From Fimicolochytrium jonesii (Eukaryota): a stretch of DNA of 64,000 nucleotides. The stretch's first letter is position 1, and every line of letters begins with the position of its first letter. Positions 27,255 through 37,916 of this stretch are shown here, piece after piece. Under the pieces are notes generated by a model. That model had not been told where the DNA came from, did no database searches, and saw only the letters and a list, made by a program, of their open reading frames with translations. Made by a program: the position numbers and the translations under genes. The stretch is taken from assembly GCF_025526975.1 (NCBI RefSeq), contig NW_026515669.1, positions 992,001-1,056,000 of the forward strand, read 5' to 3'.

Positions 27255-28416
27255 CGGTGGATGGGCACACCTTTATGTAGCTGTTGAAGTCCAGCGCGTC
27301 GTACAGTCCCCTCACTTGGCTCCCATCATGATATTCATAATCCTGCGATCCCATCGGATCTCTCACACACACCTGTACCATAGCCCTCTTCATAGTGTCT
27401 TCCACGAATATGCCGGACATGCCCGAGATGACCCAACGCGTAGTTCAAAGCCACATACGCCACATCCCCTGCGCCACCCCAAATTCTGCAAATAAAAGCA
27501 ACGTCCGCTCAGCAGCCTGGCTAGAAAAAATGCTTTACACGCACGCTCATTATCCATGGGGGCAGGGAAAACAAACACCGACTCTCTATTCCCGGGAAAG
27601 GCGAGGCTAGAACGATGTCTACGCTTATCTTAGCTGCCGGTTAATGGGCTCTCCTTTTTGGGGGGGCTCGACTTTGCCTGTGCGGTTATTTGGCGGAGAT
27701 ACACTCTTTTCCTTTTTGTTATGTTTGTCGGATGATCAGAGGGAGTTCGGGACGGACTTAGGGGCCTTCGATTGTATTCCTCGCGGGGGGAGCATGCTTG
27801 GATAGAATGGGGAAGGCAATTTCATCCCGGGGCATTCCGAACGCTGCTGCTCTGGAAGGCTGTGAACAAGTCGTAAACGGAGTTCCTCTGTACCGAGTTT
27901 GCTCGTATGGGGTCTTACAGTACTCTTCTCGACTGCCGGGTTATCTTAAAAGCTGACCATGGACGGTCGAGTGTTCAACGAGGCCGATCTGTTGTTTGTG
28001 GAAGCAAGCGTTATCGTGTCCAGTCGGAGGTCGCTTTTGCGCATAACAGGCTCTCGAGCCGCTCGCTTCTATTCCGAACAGATTGGGCTGGAGACTTGAG
28101 CCAACGTCTTTCACAGGTCTGTCACGTCCCGAGTGGCAGGTCAAGGCGGAGTTGGAGACCCTCTGTCACGATTACAGTGCGTGGGAACCTGCGTGGGAAC
28201 CGCAAAGAAGCTTAACCATGGAGGCATTCACGAAATCCCTTGCACGGCGCCATCCAGGGTTCGCCGAGTTATGAGCCCCATTCTCAGCCTTGTGTACAAC
28301 CGCAGGGACTGTTGAGGGCGCAACTCGTAGGGCTACAGTAGGGTTATAGTTTTGGCGTAGGGCTGTAGTTCTGCCTTCTCAAAGATTCCACAACTCGTCC
28401 ACTGGTATACGCCATA

Positions 28417-30097
28417 ATGAGGGCCGTCAGGATAGCCATCGTGGACGATAACCCGCTCATCAAGCAAATCATGGTGGTGAGTGACCTGTGCACGGGTGAA
28501 GCGAGAGGTTACTCGCGCGACGTGGCTGATAATCGTTTGTCTGCGAATGCTTGTTCGACAGAAAGCCATGGCCAAGCATCTTGCAATACAAGTCCAACCT
28601 GAGGACTTGTTCTCGGACGGCTTGTCTCTCTTGAAAGCGCTTTCGACCCATCGATACGATTTGATTTTGCTCGACATCGGTATGCGGCGAGGAACCACTT
28701 CTCATGCTCTTGGCACATTTTTATCTCAACAGCACTTTTCATTCGCAGATATGCCAGTACTTGATGGACTTCAAGCGACTTTCAAAATTCGAAACCCTGG
28801 CCAGCGGTCAGATTCTGCCTCAGTCCGAAGCGCCATCCGCGAAGGCCCAGTTACGCACAGCACAAAGTTGACATCCCAAGCCCGGCCAGTGACGCCGTCG
28901 CCAACAGTGAGACAGATGCGTTACGCCATGACGCAAGCCGGCGGAGATGGTTTATCGCAAGAGATCGAGGACTGGGCAGCTAATGTTTTGGATGCCAATC
29001 GGCGCACGCCTATCATTGCCATCACAGCAAACGGGTTTTTGGATGAACAAAGGCGGCATTGCTTGGCTGTGGGGATGAACGAGGTCCTATCGAAGCCGGT
29101 GTCACCAGAGACGCTCAAGAATGTCGTCCAGCGATATGTGGACGACGAAGACCGAGATTTCAATTTCGTGCACAACGAACCCCTCGGGCTCGTTCCCGAG
29201 GCCCCGGATTCGGCCGGATATGGGGCAGGTGCTCACAAAGCGAAACTCACACCTATATCCCTCAACGAGCCTGCTCTTGGCAAAGCACTGAATGAGCGCC
29301 TCGGGTCGGTTTCCTCATCGAAAAATCTTGCGCACGATACATCAGACTATCCCTCCGACCGTGCCCATAGTAAATGGGATACGGAAAGGGCTTCAATGTC
29401 CCTGCCGCGTGGGTTTAGGCAGAAGACCGAACCCTCTGAAAGCAAAACGCGGCAGCCCGCCAGCGCGAGGCTTTCGACCTTGGCGAAAGGGGAGCTGAGG
29501 TTGAAAGGGGAAAACTCAATATGGCGTTCGTGCGATGGGGAAGATGACGGTGATAGCCTCGCTTCCAAGCAGAAAACGAGGCCGAGCACCGCACAAAAGA
29601 AAGAAAACTCGTTATGGAGCGCCACGTCTGGTGAGAACCTCGACACGCGACCGCCGTCTGAAAGCCGGCGGCCAAGCCCGAAAAAGGGAGGCTCGCTTTG
29701 GAACGCTACGCAGTCCTCTCGACGTCCACGGGCCAACTCAAACGAAGACAGTGGAGGAATATGGGCTTCTGCAGATGAGGACAATCACTCTGATGATGGC
29801 AGGCGCGAAGGTAGTCTATGGGGGAGCGCGCCGGGGAGAGATCCAACCGACTATCCCCCGGAAGACCCAACCGACTACCCGACACCCCTACCATGTGACA
29901 AGAAACGTTTTGAGAACTCTGGCAATTCGGGACATTCAGGAGAGTCGGATCGGGATTCTCCAGAAACGTCGAAATGCGTCCGACCACCCACTACGGAACA
30001 CGGTGCGGGTGGCACGATCCGTCGGGCGTCAAGCATAAATCGTCGACGTCCGGAGTCTGGCAAAGCAGTGGAAAGGGATGGGCAGGCCGCCCAATAA
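28417..30097 (+). CDS. Stand-alone response regulator: N-terminal receiver (REC) domain with an insertion, and a disordered C-terminus; 3 exons
   Basis: IAIVDDNPLIKQIM; YDLILLDI|DMPVLDGLQAT (phospho-acceptor Asp); TPIIAITAN; GMNEVLSKPV. Introns at 28477-28561 and about 28680-28748. Confidence 0.85.
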
Positions 30098-31138
30098 CCG
30101 ACTGCAGCACCAACGCTCACATTATGTATATAGATTCCCGCGCATTGTATCGAGCGTTTGCTTCTTTTTGGGATTATGGAATGCCCTGATACGAAATCAT
30201 ACCCTCGACCTCTTTGCAGGAAGGTTACAATGCGTTTTAAATCGGTACAACAGGAGATTGGAGAGTGGGGAAACCCCTGAATACTCGGATTCTCGGCTAG
30301 CGATGTACTGCCAGTGGACAGTCCGTCACTACCGCCGCTATACATACACGACCGCCTTTTCACTCCACCGAAGCATATATTCTTTCTTTTCCAGCTTCAA
30401 ACTCGCTCGCCTCGACGCGAAACAAACGCGTTGCTGAATCCCAAACAACTTACCATGACATACGAGACGCGTGCACATACGCGCTTGATCCGACGGGCGC
30501 GCAGAGATGCACAATCTTTGTGCTCTCGCACGTTTTCTGGGCGTGTTGCGGGTTGCTGTGTCGGCGTAGGATTGATATGATTTCTTCTCCCATGGGTCCA
30601 TCCAAATTCCGGAATGCATGGGTAGGCGGCGCTGCCCAGCTATAGATCCATCCTACAGTATGCAGGACGCGGAAGCCCCGATTCGCTCATGAGAGTCGTG
30701 GACCACATTGACGTTCTCCAAGCCCAGCGAATGCATCAAATGGTCACGCTAATTTTGAAGGCTCCGGCCAAGATCACCGGCGCATTTCATCAATTGTGTG
30801 AGACGAGCTGGGGCCCGTATGGCTACGTTACGGTTCGTCGTCGCAGTTCCGGCCTTCAGTACTCAGTAGTACAGTATATTTGGAAAGAAACACCAGGGAT
30901 CACTCGTGCAACCCTGCAGACCCTGGTCACCGGATTCTGCGAACGTTTTTGGTTTGATTAGTACAGTACGACCTGCGAGGTTGTACATTGGGAATCTGAA
31001 GAGCGCGATATCCGATCATTTCGTACTTCGTCGAACGGCGGAGTCGAAGGAGGTTCCGTTTCTGCGATACACGTGGAAAGCCACCTTGCTGTACATCAGG
31101 AAACGTGCGGGAACGCCGACTCAGGGCCTCCAGTCGGC

Positions 31139-31145
31139 TATAAAA
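31139..31145 (+). promoter_or_regulatory. TATA box
   Basis: TATAAAA about 120 bp upstream of the ATG at 31259. Confidence 0.55.
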
Positions 31146-31258
31146 GGAACGACATTGCTTTGGACCCTGCCCTGGTGTCTTTGCCAGGACACACATTGCA
31201 AGATCTAGTGACATTACCCGACTCCTCATCCCCCGTCGCCCCACCATCAACCCACAAA

Positions 31259-32387
31259 ATGAAGCTCTCCATCACCGCAACACTCGCCTCCCTGCTGGCC
31301 CTAGCATCCCACAGCACCGCCGCGCCGGCTCCGTCCGCAGCCGTCAGCGGCACCTTCTCCCTGCTCACCCTGAACGTTGCCGGTCTGCCCGCAATAATCT
31401 CGTCCGGTAATCCGTCGAAAAACACGGCGGCGATGGGTCAGCGGATTCGGAACTGGGATCATGTTCATGGTATGTGGGGTGCTGTTCATCTGTGATTCCG
31501 TTGGGTTGTTTTCGGTGATTAAACTTTGGTTTTGTGTGTTACGACGATCAGTGCAAGAAGATTTCAACTACCATGCGACGTTGTACGCGAATGACAACCA
31601 CCCTTACCGGACCGCAACGAGGTACAGAATGGCCATCTACACACGCGTTACTTTGATCGTTCCGTTTACTCACTGATCTCACTGATTTCTTCATCCCTAC
31701 GACTATTCCAGCGGCGGCGTCCCATTCGGCTCGGGCCTGAACACCGTCAGCAAGTACAACTGGGAAAAGTTCCAACGCATCAAATGGAGCAAATGCTACA
31801 TCAACGAAGCCGATTGCCTCACTCCCAAAGGATTCACGTTCATGCGGCTGAAGCTGACACCCACCGCCGCCATTGACGTCTACGTGAGTTTGTTAAATCA
31901 TTGATGGTCAGAAACATAGACCGACATAAGCCTCATCCCAAATCTCCTGCAGAACCTCCATATGGACGCCGGCAGCCAACCGGGCGACATCACCGCCCGC
32001 AACTCCAACTTCGCACAAGTCACGTCCTTCATCACCGCCAACTCCGCCGGAAACGCCGTCATCGTCATGGGCGACACCAACTCCCGTTACACCCGCGCCG
32101 GCGAAACCATCTCCCAATTCACCAAATCCAACAACCTCACCGACGCGTGGGTGCAGCATGCGCGGGGAGGTGTGGCGCCGCCTGTCGGGGACGCGGTCGT
32201 GTGCGGGACTGTGCCCGCGGCGGAGTGTGAGGTTGTGGATAAGATTCTGTATCGCAGTGGGGACAAGGTTACGCTGAACGCGCGTTCGTTTGCGTATCGC
32301 TATAATGAGTTCTTGGACGCGGAGGGGAAGATGTTGAGCGATCATTTTCCGCTGGAGGCTGTGATTGAGTACACTGTAGCTGCGTAG
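31259..32387 (+). CDS. Secreted endonuclease/exonuclease/phosphatase (EEP, DNase I-like) family hydrolase, 4 exons
   Basis: Signal peptide MKLSITATLASLLALASHSTA; LTLNVAGLP; VQEDFNYH; TPKGFTF; NLHMDAG; MGDTN; VDKILYR; LSDHFP. Confidence 0.88.
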
Positions 32388-32821
32388 AGCGAGGTGGCGC
32401 ATCCGACAGACGCAGCGGCGCCGGCAGGGCTGGCGTAGAGAGGGCAGGTAGACAATATGTAGTATATGTAGAGCTTGATCTCGTAGGATACGGCGTCGTC
32501 GAAGTGTAGAGATCAAACCTGCTTCTAGAAAGAATATACCTGATACCTGATTTCATTCAATATCATTTTTCTCACTTCAAGCGATGATCTGTCTTCAACA
32601 TAAACAGCAGATGCATTACCGTTCCTCTGCGACAGAGTATATACAAATGTAGAGGACGGGTCAGGATTAAGTACACATACGCCAGACACACTAAGCTGAG
32701 GAATGAACAGGAACAACGGAACGCGGGCCAAAACCTCCACCGATATCAGACTACGAACTACATATGTGTGTGGTATAGGTGACGGAGACGCATGCACAGG
32801 GTAACATATACAGAACTACGT

Positions 32822-35665
32822 CTATTTGACTTCCGCAGTACACTCATCCACCGCATGCCCCTGCATCCCACAAAACCTACACGGATGCCTGCAATCCTTA
32901 CTGACATGCCCTGCACCCATGCAATTCGCGCATTTGACATGCGACGCGTTGTTGCGTCGCCATGTCTTCGCCGCGTTGTTCGGGCCGTTGTTGGCATGGT
33001 GTGTGTCTGCCGCCGTGTTGTTGTTGCTGCCGTTTTCAGTCTGTTTTGGCGGGTGTTGTTGCTGAGATCGGGCTGACTTGTCAAGCATAGCGCGGAGGGA
33101 GAAGTTGTCCTTTGTGAGAGCGTCGATGCGTTGGAAGGCTTGTTGGTTGAGTGACATTAGTTCCTGTTGAAGGCGGTAGTTATCGGCTCGGAGGGCTTTG
33201 TTCTCTTCACGTAGGGCGATGAGTTCGCGGTCGCCCAGCTGTGACTGCATTTGAGGAGGTGGGGTACCGATAACGCCGGGATGGGATGGACCTCTGGCTG
33301 CCGGCATCGGGCTGAACTGTCCCATTGGGGGTGCGAAGGGCATGGGAGGGTGGTGTGGGCCGGGCATCCATGTCGGCTGGTGTGTGGGCAGACCCGGGGG
33401 TTGCGCGGAAGTGGCAGCTTGGAGAGCCATGTTCAGGATGGACGGTTCGAAAGAGTGGGAGTGGAGACGGATGGTGTCGGGGTTCGTGAGGTCGAGGTCG
33501 ATTATGGGCTCGATGGGGATTGCGGGTTTTGGTCTTGTGCTTTCAGAGGTGCGCGTGGGCGAGGAATGAGACTCTTCGGTGTTAGGAGTGTCCTCTTTCA
33601 CGCTATTGGCACTTTTTGTGTCATCATTCCCGTTCACGGCTTTGCTTCCAATGGTGCTTTCGGTTTCCTTCACGCGATTCACGTTCTTGGTATAATCCCT
33701 TACAGCTTGAGCCGCAAATGGAACATCGGCGCCATTTGCTTCCGCCGCTTCCCTCGCGGCAATAACGGGAGAAGGAGTTTTGCCATCATCCCCAGCCTCC
33801 TCCGGTTCCTTTGACGTCCCATCCGTCTTGCCAGCATCAAGCTCTTCCGTCGAGGCCTTCTTCTTCTTCTTTTTGTTTTTCTTCTTCTTCGCGTCCGTGG
33901 TGGCAGCAGAAGTATCTTCTTTCGTCCCTTGAGCAGCCATAGCAGCCAACACCGCAGCATCAGCAGCCAAAATAGTCTTCGCAGCCTCAATATCCCTGCG
34001 AGACCGAACCCCAATGCTCCTCCACGCCCCCTCTGAAAGACTTCTGTCCATCTCATCAAGCAAAACCGCAGCCACCGCGGTGCTAAAATCTGCGTGTCCC
34101 CGTTTCAGCGCGTCCTGATACTCTCGCAGAATGGTGCTGCGTTTCTCGGCGAGGTTCTGCATAGTAGGGTCTTTCCTCAGACTATCGTGATACGCCTCGA
34201 TCGCCCGACGTTCGAGTCGTTGACCGGCTTCGAGGCACGGGGTTACGACGGTGAGGAACGCGATACGGATGTCCTTTGAGATGTTCGACTCGTTCAAGCG
34301 ACCACTAAATGTCGCGCGTCGTTTACTGTTCTCCTGTTCAATATCCTTTATTCGGCGTTTGAAGTCTCGGTTGTTGCATTTCTCGATGCGGCCCCATATG
34401 TTTGCAGCGCTTTGGTCGCGGTATTCAGTGCGCAGGTCGTCCAGCTTGCACTGCATGGCAGAGCTCCATCGCAACTCCTCTTCGGAGAACTCTCGGATGA
34501 GGCCTGTTATCTGCTTCAAAAGTCCCTCCAGCATTGCTTTGAGTTTGATCTGCGATGTAGAGTCCACAACGTCTTTCGCTGTGGCGATTTCCTTTTGGCA
34601 GTCATCGATGAAGCGCTCGACAGATGTTTGTAGTTCTTTGATGGATGGCTGGCAGACGTCGTTCTCATATGCGAACAACGCTGTCTTTGTGTTCTCGAGG
34701 TATGTCTCGAACAAGGCATCGATTTCCGCGAGTGCGCCGGCCTCGTCGGGGCCGTTGGACTTCTTCGACTTCTTCTTCCACTTTTCGGTCTTTGCGGCCC
34801 AGAACTCCTCGAAGGGTCTGAGCTCGACAGCATGCTTCTTCTCAAATTTCGCTTTTCGCGAAGCAAAGTCCTCGGCCAGAAGCCGGCTCTGCAGGGTTTG
34901 CTGTTGCACGAATGAAGCGATGATACCGTGTGACGAACTCCAAGCGCTGTCCAAATCATCCTGGAGGATTTTTTCGAACGTGGAGTGATACCGCTCGAGA
35001 GTTTGGTTGAGAGCGTTTGCCTCTTCCTCGACCTTTATCGGTGGGCGGCATGCCTTATCGTCTGTCGTAGGAGGCACGCCCCCACACAGCAACAAGTCAA
35101 AGTGCTCGCTCTTCAACACAAAGCTTCGTCCCCCATCCTCCCTTGTCAGTGCGTAGGGAAGATGGTCGTATGACTTTTTGCCCTTCGCATCCACCTTCCG
35201 CATCTCCGTCGACACCTCCTCAAAGAGAGGCTCGAGGACGAGCTTTTCGTAACCAGTCAAAGTTGACGGTGGCGCCTGCGCTATCCATTGCTTTGCGACC
35301 TGCGCGATGTCCTCGGCGGCCGTTCGACCCGTAGTCCCGGTGCTATAAATCGCCTCTGCAATTCTCTCATGAACGAAATTGACATCTGGCCTGTTACTCT
35401 GTTCCGACTTGGGTATTTGATCAGCAACCTCGCCCGTCGCGTCCGTTTTCAAAATTCGCCTCCACCACTTGATCTGCCACGCCGTGGTAGTGGCGTCCTT
35501 CTTGCCATCGGGTTTCGCGACGACTATCTTGAGCTGTTCCCAGTCCAGCTTCACTTGAGTGACATGTTTCTTGCGTATCTTGTTGATAGTGTCGGTAGCG
35601 TTGCCGGGAGTGGGGAATGTCGCAGAGGTGGAGGCCGGCGCCGTGGAGGCCTGCTGAGCGAGCAT
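32822..35665 (-). CDS. Large intronless coiled-coil protein with two C-terminal CCHC zinc knuckles
   Basis: About 947 aa from the ATG at 35665 (in-frame TAG upstream). Helical/coiled-coil body, poly-Lys NLS, Pro-rich region, then CANCMGAGHVSKDC and CRFCGMQGHAVDEC. Confidence 0.85.
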   Translation of the reverse strand: MLAQQASTAPASTSATFPTPGNATDTINKIRKKHVTQVKLDWEQLKIVVAKPDGKKDATTTAWQIKWWRRILKTDATGEVADQIPKSEQSNRPDVNFVHERIAEAIYSTGTTGRTAAEDIAQVAKQWIAQAPPSTLTGYEKLVLEPLFEEVSTEMRKVDAKGKKSYDHLPYALTREDGGRSFVLKSEHFDLLLCGGVPPTTDDKACRPPIKVEEEANALNQTLERYHSTFEKILQDDLDSAWSSSHGIIASFVQQQTLQSRLLAEDFASRKAKFEKKHAVELRPFEEFWAAKTEKWKKKSKKSNGPDEAGALAEIDALFETYLENTKTALFAYENDVCQPSIKELQTSVERFIDDCQKEIATAKDVVDSTSQIKLKAMLEGLLKQITGLIREFSEEELRWSSAMQCKLDDLRTEYRDQSAANIWGRIEKCNNRDFKRRIKDIEQENSKRRATFSGRLNESNISKDIRIAFLTVVTPCLEAGQRLERRAIEAYHDSLRKDPTMQNLAEKRSTILREYQDALKRGHADFSTAVAAVLLDEMDRSLSEGAWRSIGVRSRRDIEAAKTILAADAAVLAAMAAQGTKEDTSAATTDAKKKKNKKKKKKASTEELDAGKTDGTSKEPEEAGDDGKTPSPVIAAREAAEANGADVPFAAQAVRDYTKNVNRVKETESTIGSKAVNGNDDTKSANSVKEDTPNTEESHSSPTRTSESTRPKPAIPIEPIIDLDLTNPDTIRLHSHSFEPSILNMALQAATSAQPPGLPTHQPTWMPGPHHPPMPFAPPMGQFSPMPAARGPSHPGVIGTPPPQMQSQLGDRELIALREENKALRADNYRLQQELMSLNQQAFQRIDALTKDNFSLRAMLDKSARSQQQHPPKQTENGSNNNTAADTHHANNGPNNAAKTWRRNNASHVKCANCMGAGHVSKDCRHPCRFCGMQGHAVDECTAEVK

Positions 35666-35941
35666 GGTCGGCAAGGGGTTGGGAGGACGACGCCGCTAGA
35701 GTGGCAACGAGGTTCCGGGGGGCCGTGCGTGGTGGATCTCGCAGTCGTCGGTGGCAGAGTGTGGAGACTGGTGGGATTTGGGACAGCTGCCTTTGCCTCT
35801 GTTGCCTTCCTTCTCGCGCGTGAGAGAGGAGTTCGAGGCTTCCGGCTGACTCGACCCTTTCCGCTCAACTGGAGCATCTGTCGGAAACCACCCGCAACAG
35901 GAGCAGAGCGTCCTCCTCACAGCTCTCCCAACATCACTGGG

Positions 35942-37614
35942 ATGGGCACTGTCCACCTCGCCGGCCTCCTCCTCGGCCTCCTCGCCTCGCTCACACTCCT
36001 CGCACCACCACCACTCCTCACCCTCCTCCTCGGAATCCTCACCGGCCTACTCCTATCAACAACCCAAACATGGGACACTATCCGCCTCCTCCTCTCGAAA
36101 CTGCCCTTGGGAACATCATCAGCAACGACGACGGATGAACACGGTGGATACGCGTACGGGATGGATCACGCGTTACTCAATCTTCAACCCCCGGCAACGT
36201 TTTGGCTGAATATGGGGCTTTGGAAGGTAGTGTGACATTGACGATGAGGATGGCCGTGAGTAGAGTGAGCCGCGAGCGAAGCGAGTGATGGCGGTGGACT
36301 GGGTCGTAGGCTGAGGGTTTCGAGCGAACGGAGGATGCTTGAGGTTGGTTCGACCAGAGCGAACGCCTTATGGAACGAACCGCTAGCGGAGCGAGCCACG
36401 TTGCGCCAAAGGCGCAGAACTTCCCTAACTGCGGTTGTCAGCGAGCCTTAGCGACCTGCGATCGAAGGGAGCGATCTGGTTGGTTGATGGATGATCGGTT
36501 TGTTTACCGTCGATGGTTGATGGTTGATGGGTTGATGGGTTGATGGGTTGATGGGTTGATGGATTCATGGGTTGATGAGTTGATGGATTGTCGGTGGGGG
36601 GAGTAGGTCGATGGTGTATGTGGTAGATGGTTGACTGTCCATGTCGGTGATTTCTCACTAGTCGGTGGATAAAAGCGACTTTGTGGGAGCGTGCCGTGGT
36701 GAGTGCCCGACTTTTGCCGAGAGATCGCTAAACAATGAACATGATCGCTGAGTTTTCGCCATCTTCCCTCCCTCAGCGCTGGCACAAGTTGTCATCGACG
36801 GACTCGAACTGAAGGATGGGGACAGAGTCTTCGGTATGTCGCATAAAACGCGGACCAAGGTTCCCAGGTATCCGCAATACTCACCTAAACCACCACCCAA
36901 CCCACACTCGTCACAGACTTCGGCTACGGCTGCGGCGACCAACTACTCCTCCTCCTCTCTCAACACCCACACACCATCGTCACCGGTGTCACCTCCGAAT
37001 CAGCCCAAGCGCTCCTCGCCGCCTCCCGCCTCCCGCCCCACACCCCCACCACAGCCCTTTACATCGGCGACGCCGTCAACCCATCCTCCTGGCGTAAACC
37101 CGCCAACTCAAACATCCACCACGTGCCCAAGCCCGACCAAACCTACGACGCAATCCTATCCCTCGACTCCTGCTACCACTACACCACCCGCCTAAAATGG
37201 CTCCACCTCTGCCACCAAATGCTCAAACCCAACGGCCGGTTCAGCTGCACGGACCTCCAACTCGGTCCCGGCTACGCTCGCGCCGTCCAAAGCTCCAGAA
37301 TATCAGATAAGGTCATGTTGTTGAAACTCCGCGCGGCGTTGTACCTCACCGGCGCACCCTGGGCCAATTTCCTAACTCCCCCGGCCTACATCGGTCAATA
37401 TCATTCAGCGGGGTTTACGGATGTGGTGGTGGAGGATATTTCCGCAAACGTGTTTCCTGGGTTGGGGCGGTTTATCAAAGCGCATAGAGAGCGGATGGGT
37501 GGGGTTGTGGGGGAGGGGAAGTGGGGGCAGTATGAGATGGCGGGGAGGTTGTTTGGGTGGTTGTGGGAGGAGGGGCTTGTGAGGTTTGTGGTGGTTAGGG
37601 CTAGGAGGGGGTAG
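35942..37614 (+). CDS. Membrane-anchored class I SAM-dependent methyltransferase, 4 exons
   Basis: Hydrophobic N-terminus; YGMDHALLNL...FWLNMGLWK; spliced motif I RVF|DFGYGCGDQ; YDAILSLDSCYHY; MLKPNGRFSCTDL; VEDISANVFPGLGRFI. Confidence 0.85.
36512..36590 (+). repeat. Intronic tandem repeat (GATGG[G]TT)n, about 10 units, containing four GGG tracts with 5-nt loops
   Basis: gatggttgatggttgatgggttgatgggttgatgggttgatgggttgatggattcatgggttgatgagttgatggattg read directly. Confidence 0.9.
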
Positions 37615-37916
37615 GGTAGTGTATGACATGATGGCGAGGGTAGGGCCTAGCATGTATGAAATGTATATACGTAGTTCTTCTGATTGTTCAAACGATGTAC
37701 ATACAGCGACCGTAAACGATGGCATCGCGCGGCGATTGTTTTTGACATGAACACACAAAGACGAAAATTATAGAGGTAACCTCCCGCCCATACCTGAATG
37801 ATCTTCTCCTAACCTAAGCACGTTTCCAACCGTGGTGATACCCTAACCACGCGCGCAAAACCTCACCTCCCTCATGACCATTAGATCCCCTCCTGGTTTC
37901 TAACCCCACAGCTCCC

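Noticed and set aside
27300..28400. Short ORFs upstream of the response regulator (including a possible uORF, MEAFTKSLARRHPGFAEL)
   Set aside because: Indistinguishable from random ORFs without transcript or conservation data.
36236..36316. Box C/D snoRNA in the long intron
   Set aside because: Only imperfect C-box-like sequences and one CTGA, with no convincing terminal stem or recognisable rRNA guide.
36512..36590. True telomere or telomerase-added repeat
   Set aside because: The unit is TTGATGGG rather than TTAGGG; it is short, degenerate and inside an intron in a gene-dense region.
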